DNA of 64,000 nucleotides from Octopus sinensis (Eukaryota), in the NCBI RefSeq assembly GCF_006345805.1, contig NC_043013.1:22506001-22570000 (forward strand), in the 5' to 3' direction. Position numbers and translations under genes: made by a program. Each line of letters begins with the position of its first letter. Positions within the stretch are counted from its first letter, which is position 1. Positions 49,494 to 63,305 of this stretch are shown here, piece by piece. Below the pieces are notes generated by a model that saw nothing but the letters and a program-made list of their open reading frames with translations, was not told the DNA's origin and searched no databases.

Positions 49494-52400
49494 CGCGCGC
49501 ATATTTTACTCAGAACTGGTGAAGAGATTAATGACGGAAAGGGGAGAGAGAGAGAGAATTTATGAGATGTTAATTAACTTAAATTAGGTTGAATTAATGA
49601 GCAAGGAAAGGTGTGTGTAGATATGTGTTCCTCTGTCCAAAGTTTTTTTATCCTCGAAGCAAGTTTATATTATGAACGAATAACGGATTTGTCTGGACGA
49701 GGGCAGATGCGTATGTCCTCATCCAGAGGACATACGTAAGTGTACACCAGATCTTTCGTTCTGACATGCGACTACGTCACATCCAGCGAGATCCGTCTTC
49801 AACCGACCTCATTACCATTGTCCTTGACCTTTGTCGCCTTATCTGGAAGAGGAGTGTCTTAGGAATGTAGGGTCACCAGCGTTCTGTAGTTTTCACATTG
49901 ACGAGTGTTGACGTTGGTTAGCCAGTTTTTAAAGGCATTTCAACCGCGATATATACCACGGCCTTTTATTTAAGAAAGTGGGGAGTGGGGTGATTTAAAG
50001 AAATTTGGCTTCTATTTTTAGGAAGTCGAGCAACTGTATAGAAATCCTCTTGTTGGCTCTTGACTTTTTGCTGTGGTAGCTTTAAGCGCAAGCATAACCC
50101 TAACCCTGTCTTTCCCTTAGATAATGTCGGGTTTTTTTAATTTTTTTTTTTTATAATCCTCTGTTGCTTTGGATAAGGTTTGGCCAACCTGTTTTACACG
50201 CAGATTTCGTTGTTTATATAAGAAGTCTCGCGGACTTTTCGATAGCTTCTCGTTTCTACTGTTCTAAATTTGTTTTCAGAAATATAAAATACCAGTTCAT
50301 GAACAATATCCCGAGTAAACCTTAAAATTAGGAATGAAACATTGCAATTCTTGAAACAATGTCTGATAACAAAAAGTAAGACAATAGTTTTGATCATTGG
50401 CCTGCCTTCTCACAGTTGCACGGCTGACCTAGGGTTGACCAGTAATAAATTGCATTAAAATAAGAACGACCCATTGGAACATGTACTCAAAATATTAGGG
50501 AACGGGTTGGATAAAGGCTGTACTCTGGTGCTAAACAATTGCAACAACTATCGAATCTAGTTTTGTTAAATTCCTTTCAATCCTCGTAGAAGTTAGTCGG
50601 TATTTTGTAAATTTCTAATGTTATTTTATTCCTGAAAAAATATGTTGCCCTCTTGGGCGGGTGACATTAACCTTAACCACGATCCAGTCCGAGATTTGTG
50701 TGTGGACCATCGGATGGTTCTTGTGATTCATAGGAGCTGCCTTATTACACTGTGTTGCGTTGGTTCTATTTGAGAATTGCGTTAAAGCTACACAGATCTG
50801 TGAGATATTCAGCCACTTCCACGCCGAAAAGAAGTTCCAGTTGATGGAACACCTGGATATGCCTTATCGAAACTGACAGAGATTCATGTTGAGGTGGTCT
50901 AAGATTCCAATGTTCTCATGGAATGAACATGGAGAAACAAAGCTTTGGTTTTTTTCATCTATTAACCTCATATCAGCCCAAATCGAACACATCTTTGATT
51001 GATAAAAGGCCTTTCAGCCATGACCCTACCGTCTTTTTTTTTTTATATATCTATATTCGTGATAACATCTTGTGGGTCCTTCACTGTTGTTTAACCTCAG
51101 GGCAACCACTGTCAAACTGGCATGTGATCAAGAGCATTTAATCTGAAGCCATTCCCTCTTTCTATGTATATGGACTATACTGTCCAAGCTATCGTTGCCT
51201 GTTTTTTTTTTAAGATTTGAAAGTAGACTGGCTGCTATTTCTAGTAGGACGAACGGATGCCTAGGACTCGCTTATTGGACGCATTTGTCCTTGTGTTTTC
51301 TTTTAAAACGAACAAGTCGTGATTTGCAGGCTGGTTGCTATTTCTAGTAGAATAATTTACTGAGAAGTCTCCTTCGATGAGTTGCCTTTCCACGTTCCGA
51401 CAATCTGAGCCGTTGCTCTGGGATGTCTGCTTGTGATGCATCGTCGTTGACGGCGCCGACCTTTCGTCACGTAACCCTGCTGCTCTCATAGTGTCAACTT
51501 TCTATCGCAGTGTTTACTGTTTGCTATCAACTTGATCTTTTCAACACTAATTTCCATTCGGGACACATGACTAAACAAGTAAATAACCTTTTGGTTGTTA
51601 CTTATTAGCTATATGATCCATCAGCAAACAGTTGTGTGATTCCATTTATATTCTGTCTCATTCATCTTTTCAACCCTCGTTCAGACATGAGAGGGAGAGA
51701 GAGAAAGAGAGGAAGCTGGGGAAAGAATAATGTCAAATACATTGACGTTGTCATGAGTTTCAAAGCTGTAAGATTGTTTCGAAGTGTTCAATGCTGGGGG
51801 GTCACAGACAGATATCCACATATTTTCTCAGAAATATGCGTAAACCTCCCCTCACACTTTCTATCACTGCATCGCACATTACACGCAGTTCCGCTTTCAC
51901 ACTCACACAATCACCTCTCTCCTTACGCACCATTTCCCCGTTTCCTTTATTGTCTCACACAAATACATGTGTACACATATAAACCCATCTTTGCTTACCT
52001 TCATTCATCCTCACATTTCATGCATACAGACACAAACATACACCCTCTCATATACATTTTACATACCCGTTCAATTAGCTCCCTTCGTTTATAGTATTTG
52101 TTGCCTCTTCAAAATCCCAAGTTTCGTGCACGGCCACAGCCCGTAACATACATTTTACTCCTCTTCTCTACGTTACAAAAACCCCTCATTGAAGAAAGCA
52201 GGCATCTTACTTAATCTTATTTCGTCAGTGAATCTCAAGATCCCGAATCGACCTGTTATAAATCCTTATTTTGCAAGAGATTTTCTATATCAGCAGATTT
52301 AGTAACCATCCAATAATGAATATCAATTTCCCTATTTTTAACCTAGTTTTCTTTGACAATAAAAGGAATGAAACAATATAAATTGCAGAGCGCTTGGCTC

Positions 52401-53602
52401 AAAATGTTTACTTTCGTTTATATAGATTCTGAGTTCGGGGTCAATTCTCTATGTTGATAATGTAAAACGGGGGTTAGTCCATTCTCTAATCGACTGTTCT
52501 TGTTTTTTTTATACTGTACATTGTGCAGCTGGAAAAAATTATTAAAAAAAAAAATGATGCCGTTAACCATCCCAGCTACGGAATTCCATTGTTTCCATTG
52601 CATGTTCCTCAAATTAATCTGAAGTAATACAACACCATTTGATCACTTCCTTATTGTATGTCGCGTATCAAAGACGCTACTTTTCGGTAATTCTCGTTAA
52701 ATTATTGCGAATTGCTTATCGGAGATATCATTTCCCCACTGAACAGCGTTTGAACATTGGATAAAATTACCGTCTGCTTTATAATTATGGCTTTTTACAT
52801 TTTGAGTTCAAATCCAGTCAGAGACGATAAAATAAAGTCCAGTTACGCAGTGGAGATGAAATAACCGACTTTATATTTTCCTTTCCTAAAATAGAGGCCT
52901 TATGCTTATGTTGGAAATAAAGGAATTATGAGAGCATATTGCTTCCAGGATGTGAGACAAAACAAAAATAAACCAAACACTCCTATGTTGGCTTTTCTAG
53001 GAATAATGCAGTTTGGGCTCATCTCTATAACTTAAGAATATTCATTTGCCCATATCTGCCAATAGCTGCTGTGAGTGGATATTACAGAAGCACTGAAACC
53101 AGAAGAAACTCTTGAGACGGATCTACCACAATTACATTTCTTTCCGTTGTGATGTGACATTAAAATTGTTGTGAGACCCATTTCTGTTGTGACATTTTAT
53201 GTTAGATTGCTGTTGGCTCAATGGTCGTTCATTTGTTCGTACGGGGTCAACAGTTTTAATGGTGAGCCGTGTAGAATGCTGCAGGGATTCACGTCGGGGT
53301 CACAAGTTTTAGCCGGGGTGATTATAAAGTCTCTCTTGGTTTACTACGGAATGTTGCATACCATTATATAACATGTGCGGCGTGTTAACTCGTGGAAATA
53401 ATACAAACTTCAAAATAACAGCGAGACTTTATTCCTCTGCTAAATAATACAGTGGACCGAATAAACACATCACGGATGCTGTTGGTTGTCCAGTTCTGTC
53501 CATCGTTAGAATAATTCAACTCTGACCGTCGTTGGTTCCATGTGCTCCGTTATAACAACAGGAAAATACGACGAGTACTCTGGGAAATCTCTCACCTCAC
53601 TT

Positions 53603-54492
53603 AACCAATTTCTTTATTTGCCAATACACGGCTAACATAGAGGGGATAGCACAAGGACAAAAATATTCAGGGATTGGGGTTATACATTAGTTAGTCGGGG
53701 AAAAATCGAGTATAATGAAATCGAAATGATGAATCAAATTAAAATGAATTAAAAATTAAACAAGTTTTTTTTCCGGGTTTGTGTTCAACCCGCCGGGGTT
53801 TTTTCCCCTTTTACTCTTTATAATTATTAATTTTTCGTTTTTTTCCTTCCGTTTTCCCCACTTCTTTTCCGTTCAGACCGGCTACACTAGCGCGGTCCCA
53901 CTCACTCTCGTCTTCCTTACGACATTTGTCCATCTTTCCTCAAACGTTCTTTGAGACTGGCGCCTCTTCTCCAGACTTATCTTCCTGGACAGATGGTAGT
54001 AAAACAGAACTAACCAACCCATGTCTCAATTCCTCTTCCACGCATCACCCATACTGTCTCTTTCAATACGGCTACTACGCAGAAAAATGACGCCCCCTTT
54101 TCCTTATTAAAGGAGGGAGGCGGTGAAATCTTGATGATAGACTCAGTCGATAACCGTACTCTTTCCGTTTCCGACATCACTTGTTCGACATAGGTTATCA
54201 ATCCCCTCAGTTCCTCACAATGCACGAAGGCGGGCGTGACAGCTTCACTGACACGCTCGCACCTCGGGCATGTGGGTGGGGTACCAACACTTTGCCTTGA
54301 CCTCTCTCGAACTGGCAAGACCGATCGGTAGCACAACCAGGCCAGGGATTTCTGGAAATTGTCCAGATACCTCGGCCCGATTATTGCAAGCAGATTGATA
54401 AGCTGGTCTCCATCGAAGCCTAGAGCCTCTCCCAGGACGTTGTCGGACATGTGTTCTACCAACCCGCTATTAAAATCCGCAGTGGTAGCCCC
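53603..54492 (-). mobile_element. 5'-truncated L1/Tx1-like LINE (ORF2 C-terminus plus 3' UTR)
   Basis: ORF 54010-54498: SLAWLCYRSVLPV...CPRCERVSEAVTPAFVHC, a zf-RVT-type CCHC knuckle with His lost. A frameshifted continuation reads YHLSRKISLE...FEERW. 3' end ...aataaagaaattggtt. Confidence 0.8.
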
Positions 54493-55019
54493 GGGCACAG
54501 GACGTCACGAAACGTGTACAACAAAAAAGTACGACTACATGGAACATGAACTCTTCTTTCGAACAACGAAAGACACAAATGGAAAACAAGACAACAACAC
54601 AAAGAACAACCCTTTATCAGTTGTTGGCTGTTTTTCTACTCTCGTATTTCGAGCATTTAACAACAAGATACGTTTTCGATAAAACAGTTGCTCCTGCAAA
54701 GCAAATTAAATAAAATTTGAGATTTTGCGGAGGGTCAAAATTGGTAACACAAACAGGAAGGGCTGTTAAGCCTAAACGAGGTTGTGGTGGCGAACGCGTA
54801 AATCAAGCTTGGACAGGAGACAGACAAGTACACGTCTTCCTTGATCCAGCTACAACGGAGTGAAAGAAACACAAGTTAGGAGAAGAAAGATGGCCGATGG
54901 TCATGTGGGAGCCACGTGAGCAAGGGGTCTTACGTTGTTCGAAAAAATATTTCATTTTCCATGTACTCGTACTTCGTACTTTTTGTTGTACACGTTTCGT
55001 GACGTCCTGTGCCCACATA

Positions 55020-55023
<4 letters not shown>
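54493..55023. mobile_element. Unclassified non-autonomous element with ~80-bp terminal inverted repeats, adjoining (TA)n
   Basis: gggcacaggacgtcacgaaacgtgtacaacaaaaa at the left and tttttgttgtacacgtttcgtgacgtcctgtgccc at the right. Confidence 0.8.
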
Positions 55024-55058
<35 letters not shown>

Positions 55059-55937
55059 TATATATATTTTTTTTTTTTTTTCTTGGTAGTCTTTCGTAAT
55101 TTTTTACATCCTCCTTTGAAATTTCAGACCTTGTGCTAAAAAAATTAAACTAATATTTATAACGATATAACTTCCAAATGTTATTTGGCATAAGCTAAAG
55201 AGTTAATCATTCCATATTAGAAATTATTAAATTAAATTTGGTAAATAGGATCTATTCCATCATTGAGATGGAATAGATTCGGTAAATTTATTAAAATCAG
55301 TATTCTTTCAGTTTCTTTTAAACAATTTCAAGTTAAGAATCTCATCAAGTTATTCTCTTAGATTGTCCCATTCCTTGTTTGATACATACAAGGTTCCCTC
55401 TCTCTCTCTCTTCTCTCTCTCTCCTTTTTTTTATTTTTTGTAAATATGACTTTCAGTAGTTCCAAGATTTGTTTGTAATTTGGGCAACAGACTATTCGGA
55501 ATTTATTTAAATTTATTCAAATGGTTTAGGTCTAACAATTCATAGTTATTCTTTCTTCAGGATCGTTTCTTGTTCTTCAAGTGAAGCTGTCACGCCCGCC
55601 TTCGTACATTGTGAGGAACTGAGAGGATTGATAACCTATCCATCCATGACTCCCACAGCTTTGTAAAAACCAAAAACTCCCCACTCACGTATTGCCGAAG
55701 ACCAAGTCTCTGAATTTATTTGTGCCTTATAGAATTTGATCAATTAATTCCTTGTAAGTCTTTTTTAAAATACAGTTAGGCCTCATAAGATTAAACGAAG
55801 TTTTATTTAATGTTGGAGTCTGGAAAATAAAAGTGTTAACTGTCCTCAACCGGACAAGAGGGACGGCTTTTTCTTTTTTAGTAGACTCAGTGAACCCAAA
55901 AGGATATCTGCCATAGTTTTAAGTGTTAGAATGTTTG

Positions 55938-55968
<31 letters not shown>

Positions 55969-56502
55969 GGCTATGATTAGGATGGTGGGACTGGAGTAAG
56001 AATAAGGGTTGAGACAGGGTTGTATGTTAGAGAGCTGGTGGTGGTGGTAGTGTTTGAACAAGTGGAATTATATAGTTAGTGTGTGTCTAATATTTTACTA
56101 TGAAGCTAATCTGTGGTGAAATATTTTTATTATACATGTGTGTGTGTGTGTTGCGTGATAGAATGGCATTTTAACCTCATTTCTTCTGCCCTGCTGCTTT
56201 GGTGATGTTAGTGATGATGATGGTAACGGTGGTGGTGGTGGTGGTATTAGCAGATGTGTTGTCGGCGGTGATGGTGGTAAAAGTAACTGGAAATAAGGTC
56301 AGGTTAGATAGCGAGGTTTTGTCTTTCTGCCTATCATCGTAGCCGTCGTTGCCGTGAGCAATTGGGTAATGCCTGCCGTTGGGTGTGTGTGTGTGTGTGT
56401 GTGTGTGTGGATTTATATAGAAAAGTAGTTTTGCCTGTGCCTCTGTGCACATTTGTACGATGTAAATTTAGGTATGTGTATAAATATATGAATTAATACA
56501 TG

Positions 56503-56504
<2 letters not shown>

Positions 56505-56592
<88 letters not shown>
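56505..56592. repeat. Compound (TC)n(TA)n microsatellite
   Basis: Direct reading. Confidence 0.95.
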
Positions 56593-56596
<4 letters not shown>

Positions 56597-58084
56597 CACA
56601 CATGTATATAATCTATATATCTTCGTATGAGTGTCTACATAACATTATTATAAAGGGTGCGGTGTGTATATACGAGTGCGTGTACGCAAGTATGTACATG
56701 TAAGTTTTTAAAAAGAAAATGATTATTATTATTATAATTATTATTATTATTCCGTATATGTAATATATATGACACAAGGAATATTTAGCTTTGAATGTAT
56801 ATACGCACCCCCTCTCTGTCTGTCTGTCTCTCTCTCTTTCTTTCTCTCTCTCACTTTCTCTCTCACTCACACACACACACACACAGAGGATGGGTTTATC
56901 TGGTTTGGGACATTATCTAAGGTGCCAGTCAGCTATAGAACTGGCGTTAAATTTAGATGTTTTCGAAATCGAATAGCAATCCCCTGTATGACACTGAGCG
57001 TCCCATTTTGGTTCCGTGTGAGCCGAGTTCGCATCCGGCTTATGATTTGTTGATCGAAACTATTATTTCATTTTTCTCATTTTAGGAACAGCCTTGCCAT
57101 GGCCTTGTTACAAATTCAGCCCTTTTGCTCTTATTCCACTCTACGTTGAGGATTAATTAATCCAGCATCTTAGCGATGTTGTTTTATTCTTTTACTTGTT
57201 TCAGTCATTTGACTGCGGCCATGCTGGAGCATGGCCTGCCTTTAGTCGAAGAAATCGACACCAGGATTTATTCTTTGTAAGCCTAGTACTTATTCTATCA
57301 GTCACTATTGCTGAATCGCTAAGTTATGGGGACGTAAACACACCAACGTCGGTGTCAAGTGATGGCGGGGGGAATTTTGGCAAACACAGACACACACACA
57401 CGTATGACTTTTATGAACTTCTTGCATCCATTTTCCATAGTAAAATATATTGAGCCGTTTTGCACTTTTGATTAACGTTGATAATGAGGAAACCTCTGAT
57501 TGATCTCCTAGAATTAGCAGCCAAATCTCCAAGTTAAATTCTACTATCTATTAAAAGGAAGGCTATATTAAATGAATTGTTCTAGATATATTATGTCAGA
57601 ATAAAAGATAGATTGTCATGTCTTGACAGCTTCGTATCTATGATACCTCTGATGCCCCTTCTGTTGCGGCAAGGCACCTGCTTCTGTCTGTTTGTCACAC
57701 TCTAACCTTTCATCCTCTGACACAAGAACCCCTCTTCAAATTCCCCTGCCCCTCTCAAAATTCCTTGTCTTACAAAACTTACTTGGTGACCCCTGCCAGT
57801 GCTGGTGCCACGTTAAAAGTATCCAGTCTACACTAATGTGGTTGGCATTTGGAAGGGCATCCAGCTGTGAAAATCTAAACTAACCTCACCTGTGCTGGTG
57901 TCACGTAAAAATCACTGAGTCCACTCTGTGGGGTGGTTGGCGTTCGGAGGGGCATTGAGTCGTAAAATCCATGCCAAAACAGACACAATAGCCTAGAGTA
58001 GTTTTTCTACCTGGTAAGCTCCTGTCAACTGTCCTACACATGCATGGAAGATGGCTGTTAAACGATGATATATATATATATATA

Positions 58085-58250
58085 CACAATGGGCTTCTTT
58101 CAGTTTCCGTCTACCAAATCCACTCACAAGGCTTTGGTCGGCTCGAGACTATAGTAGAAGATACTTGCCCAAGGTGCCATGCAGTGGGACTGAACCTGGA
58201 ACATTGTGGTTGGGAAGCAAGCTTCTTACCACACAGCCACTCCTGCACCT
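58085..58250 (-). mobile_element. Family A SINE, 5' half
   Basis: gggcttctttcagtttccgtctacc...ccacacagccactcctgcacc; another 5' piece at ~62112-62236. Confidence 0.8.
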
Positions 58251-58622
58251 ATAATTATATCCTATAATTATGGATGTAATTAACATAAAATGATGTGTGA
58301 GTGTGTGTAGTTAAGAATGGTGATTGGGATTTTGCTAGTAGTGGTGATGATGGTGGTCGTGTGTTTCCGGTTAAACCGGGAGGAATTTACATCGGTTTAG
58401 TTTATGGTAATACCTGAAGAAATTCAGATGAGTTTGTGTTGTCGCCAACACTAGCAACGACACATTTTATGAGAGAGAGAGAATGTATATAGAAACTTTA
58501 TGCGATAACAACTGGAATGGGAGAAGTTTACCACTGAAAAAAGAGGCAGGTTTTCTGGGGATTTTCTTTAGCTGAGATATACTGAGGAGAATCTGTCAGC
58601 CTGACTTTATTTGCTCAACTCT

Positions 58623-58653
<31 letters not shown>

Positions 58654-60884
58654 ATTCGTCTATCTGTTTGTTTGTCTCTCTGTGTCTATGCCGGTCTGTC
58701 TGACTCTTGGACTCTTATGTCTTTCTGTCCCTATCGATGTGCCTTTTGCCATATTCCACCCTTCTTTCTTACACAGTCAGTCAGCAACTGAAATGAGAGC
58801 AGTTTGTTATGTCTGCAAGGGATTGTTATGGTAATGGTCGGCTGGGTGTGTAATGTGAGCCCCCTCTTTTTTTTTTTTTTTTTTTATAGTTCAGAAAATT
58901 GCTGTCTTTTACTGTCTTAGTTGAGGAATTGAATATATTCGGTAAAGGATGGAATAGAGATGCAGTTAACTTAGCAGGCAGACGTATCTCCTCCGACCAG
59001 GGTTGCCTTTCTGTCTTCGCCATCCGTAGTTTAGTGCCCTCATGTCAACAGAATAACTGAATGTCTGTAAGGTGTGTTTGGGACTATTCTATTGCATTTG
59101 AAGTGTTATACTGTTTGTCTCTCATCATTTTAACGTATATTCAAATCCGTTTCAAGTTACTGTTTTGAGCCACAGAATCGCTAGTCTGTTGCTGGATTAA
59201 ATGTCGGACAACGTGTAGTTCACGTGCCAACCATATTCTTTGTTTTGATTTCAAGTTGTGACAGGGTTGATTATTGCCATTTGTCATTCTGGAGTCAATA
59301 AAAGAAGTCAGTCATTCAATTAAGGCCAACCCATGCATAAGTCTATGTTTAATATGATACATGTACATTGGCAGCGTGATAGATAGTTGTAAATACTACA
59401 AAATTTGGTGCCCACCACCACCACCACCATCATCATTATCATCATCATTTAATGCCCTCTTTTCATACTGGCACAGGTTCAATGGTTTGACAGGAGCTGG
59501 CAAACCAGAGCTGTACCAGGCTCCATTGTCTTCTCAGGCGGGATCTCTATGGCTGGACACCCTACCTAATGCCAACCACTTTTCAGAATGTACTAGGTGC
59601 TTCATATGTGGCACCAGTACAGGTGAAAATTGAGGTTCATGAGTTTAGATCAGTTTTGTGTTCTGTAGGGGACCATGAACTTTCTTAGTGGCTACAAGAA
59701 ATGCTAAGAATATCAGCCAAACTTCTATCAAACCACATCCAACATTCTTTAATAAAAGAAAGTGTTCAATACATATTGTAGTCCTTGATACTTCTAGACA
59801 AAAAAACTGGCTGGTCATGGCTCAATCAGGGTTGACCTGTGGTTAAAAACAGCAACATGAACAATGACAAACTAACGAGAGAAGCTATATGTTACTTGAG
59901 CTTTTGAAAACAGCAGCCTATTTCCCCTTAAACTCACCCTACAATCTTAAAACAAGATGGACACATTAGGTAAATGGTGTCCTATATATACAAAAAGATG
60001 GGTTTGTCAACTCTGGAGCACATTTTGACCATAGATCTGTTTCATCAGGATGAAATTGGGCTTTTTAAATATATGCACTGGACTCCTATTCAAATGAGGT
60101 TTTAAATATTGCTTTGGTCCCCTATTCAAATTAGTTGTATGCGTTAAAGAAGGAAGCTTTTGTGTGGCTGTATGACACTGTTTTACTTTTTACCATTTAG
60201 TCGGAATGGTTAGAGTGTTACTTGTGACCCTGTAATATTCCAGAGTCTTTGAGAATGAGGAAATGAAGCAGGGTTATTAATCTCAAACTAGAAAATAGGG
60301 CCGAATGCTTGCAACAGTGTGAACCCTGCTAAAGGCATCATAGGTACAAAGTATTGGTTTTAAACTGGGTGATGGGGGGTGGGGATGGGTGATCTAAGAA
60401 GTTTGAATGCAAAGAACCACCATGATAGGTACCACAAGGCATCCTATTTGTTGCTCAGTCGATCTGCAATTCTGAACTTATATTATTTGGCAGGATTTGA
60501 ACTCAACACAGGGAGCTTGTAATGATACTGCCAATTCTCCACTGGTTGAAATGGTAGCTAAACCACCCTAAATTGTTTCTTAAGTAAGGAAAGAATATAT
60601 TGGATAATGTAACCATCTGAAATATCTTTGATGCCAAGGTATCACTCATGCAGAAGTGCCTGGCTTTGTGGCTGAAGTTTCAGGAGAATTCAAATTTATA
60701 TTTAAAACTGTTTTCTGATGAGGTTTGTAAAAATCTTGCTGTGAAAAATTACAAATAAAAAAGAAATCTGGTTTAAGTCTTAAGCACAAATCGGTAATTA
60801 AATATAGATTACCTGTGACTCTGTACGAAGCTTCATTGTGGGGTCTTGTTCCCTCACTCTCACTCATTTACAATTCCCTCCTGC

Positions 60885-61392
60885 TAAGGTCATGTGTTGC
60901 ATATGGATGAGGACAGCTGTGTGAAAAAGTGTCACACCCTTGCAGTAGAGAGAACCTGTGGAAGAGGTAGACCCCAAGGGACCTGGGATGAGGTGGTGAA
61001 GCATGACCTTTGAACGTTGGGCCTCATTGTGGTGATGATGAGTGAGTGAGACCATTGGAGATATACTGTGCTTGAGAAGACCTGGCAATCCAAGTGAGAC
61101 CATAACCGTGGACTATGCCAGTGCATCACAACCAGCTCATTTAAGAGTACCCTTCAATCATTGGGCAATAAACTGTGCTTGCGAAGACCTGTTGAATCAA
61201 GTGAAGTCATTGTTGTGGCCGTTGCCAGTACTGCCTGATTGGCTCTCATGCCAGTGGCACGTAAAAAGTACCATTCAAGTGTGGTTGATGCCAGTACCAC
61301 CTGACTGGCCCTCATGCTGGAGGCACGTAAAAAGCACCCACTACACTCTCGAAGTGGTTGGCATTAGGAAGGGTTTCCAGCTGTTGAAACCT
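60885..61392 (+). mobile_element. RTE LINE: ORF C-terminus plus 3' UTR
   Basis: GHVLHMDEDSCVKKC...CGRGRPQGTWDEVVKHDL (RTE R.RGRP..W motif), followed by the 3' UTR module ggcacgtaaaaagcacccactacactctc...gttggcattaggaaggg. Confidence 0.82.
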
Positions 61393-62910
61393 TGGGAAGA
61401 ATAAAATTCTTTGATTTTCATTTGGTAAGGAAAAGGATTTAAAATATCTTGTCATTGTCACTCTCCTCCTTAGATCCCTACCAGCCTGATTGGCTACACT
61501 TATGACTAAAGATGTTTCAGCCATGACCAGACATTCTGGCACCATAGCTTATCTTTCGCTACATTATTCAGTGTGACTTTTCTTTCTCAAGATGGTAGAG
61601 TATGATTTGAGGTAAGTTTGGTTGCTGTTTCTAACAAGCTTACCAACTCTCAACATATTTTTCATTCAAGGTATTGTTGTTTAGCTGTTGGTCAGCTCTG
61701 ATTGAGAAGACTGTATGAACAAATGAATTCCAGTCATGACAACTCCTGACTGAGCAGCTTTCCACATGTGACCATCCTGTCTTGTTTTCAGGAACAGCGT
61801 ATTGCAAACCAAACTATTCTGTTTTCTTTTTTTTTTTAAGAAAATAAATATATGATGTGAGAGATTTGACTGCTATTTCTAGCAGATTGAGGGAACCACA
61901 TAGAGACTCTGTCTGCTTATTTGTAATCAGAAATTCCTGAATAGATAAGCTACATAACAATTGACTTATGGTTGGTGGGTCATGAGTTCACATCCTCTTG
62001 AAGGTGTGTCGGGACATGACTGACTGATTGGTGATTCATCAGTTTCCAACGTGCTTTGTACAGGTCTCTTGGTGTGGGTTAGAGCAATACAATGAACTTA
62101 TCTACCTTAATTACACAAGGCTTTGGTCGGCCCAAGGCTATAATAGAAAACATTTGTCCAAGGTGCCACGCTGTGGGACTGAACTCAGAACCATGTGGTT
62201 GGTAAGCAAGCTACTTACCACACTGCCACTCCTGTAGTTTTTTCAGATAAACGAAGCCCTTAGACAAAATCAAAGATTCTTTTAAAAGCCTGATTTGGTA
62301 ATTTTGCAGAATATTCATTGCGTGATATCTATTGACAGCTAAGTGGACTGAGCAGAGAAGTGTATTATTATTATTATTTTATTTTGCTTTCACACTGTAT
62401 TACAATGGAAGTTCAGTTAACAGAATTGGAATAACCAAACCTGGTGCCAGTCTAAACTGTAATAAGCCTGCAACGTGTTCTTGGAGATTTGGGCACACAA
62501 AAGATGTCTCAGAACCTGAAAGTGGGTTCAGAAAGGAACAACTGTTAGCTATTGAGAATGGAAAATGTAATGATGGTTGCTTTTGATGTGATCCTTTGGA
62601 GGCACATGTACCATTATGACTCTCCCAGGAATTGTAGGTGAATATAGATGGACCTGCTTTTTTTTTTTTTTTTAGTCCATTTATTTGTCTTTTCCACTTG
62701 CAGAAACTTCTATATTATTTCCATGTCAATGTTATAGTGCCACAAATAGTTAACTGACTATGTAAGGCACGTGTGTTCCAAGAAATCCTTCAGTTCTGTG
62801 AAAAGTTTTAGGGTTCTGCAAAATAAGGTGTTTTTTAATTAAATTTTATTAGATTCAGACCATGCAACAACACATTAATTACATTTAGTTTATAAAATAA
62901 TGCTATTTCT

Positions 62911-63103
62911 TTTTTTACTTGTTTCAGTCATTTGACTGTGGCCATGCTGGAGCACTGCCTTTAGTGGAGCAAGTCGACCCCCATGGCTTATTCTTTGTAA
63001 ACCTAGTACCTATTCTATTGGTCTCTTTGGCCGAACCGCTAAGTTACGGGGACGTAAACACACCAGCATCGGTTGTCAAGCGATGTTGGGGGGAAAAAAA
63101 CAG

Positions 63104-63134
<31 letters not shown>

Positions 63135-63305
63135 CATATATATGACGGGCTTCTTTCAGTTTCCATCTACCAAATCCACTCACAAGGCTCTGGTCGGCCT
63201 GAGGCTATAGCAGAAGACACTTACCCAAGGTGCTACACAGTCGGACTGAACCCGGAACCATGTGGTTCGTAAGCAAGCTACTTACCACACAGCCACTCCT
63301 ACGCC
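62911..63305 (-). mobile_element. Family A SINE, full length
   Basis: Co-linear with 44518-44931 over its whole length. Confidence 0.9.

Noticed and set aside
54010-54498. Functional host CDS (162 aa)
   Set aside because: Truncated, frameshifted LINE ORF2 remnant with a mutated zinc knuckle.
58921-59066. Possible exon with a 46-codon open frame
   Set aside because: No recognisable peptide; length is compatible with chance.
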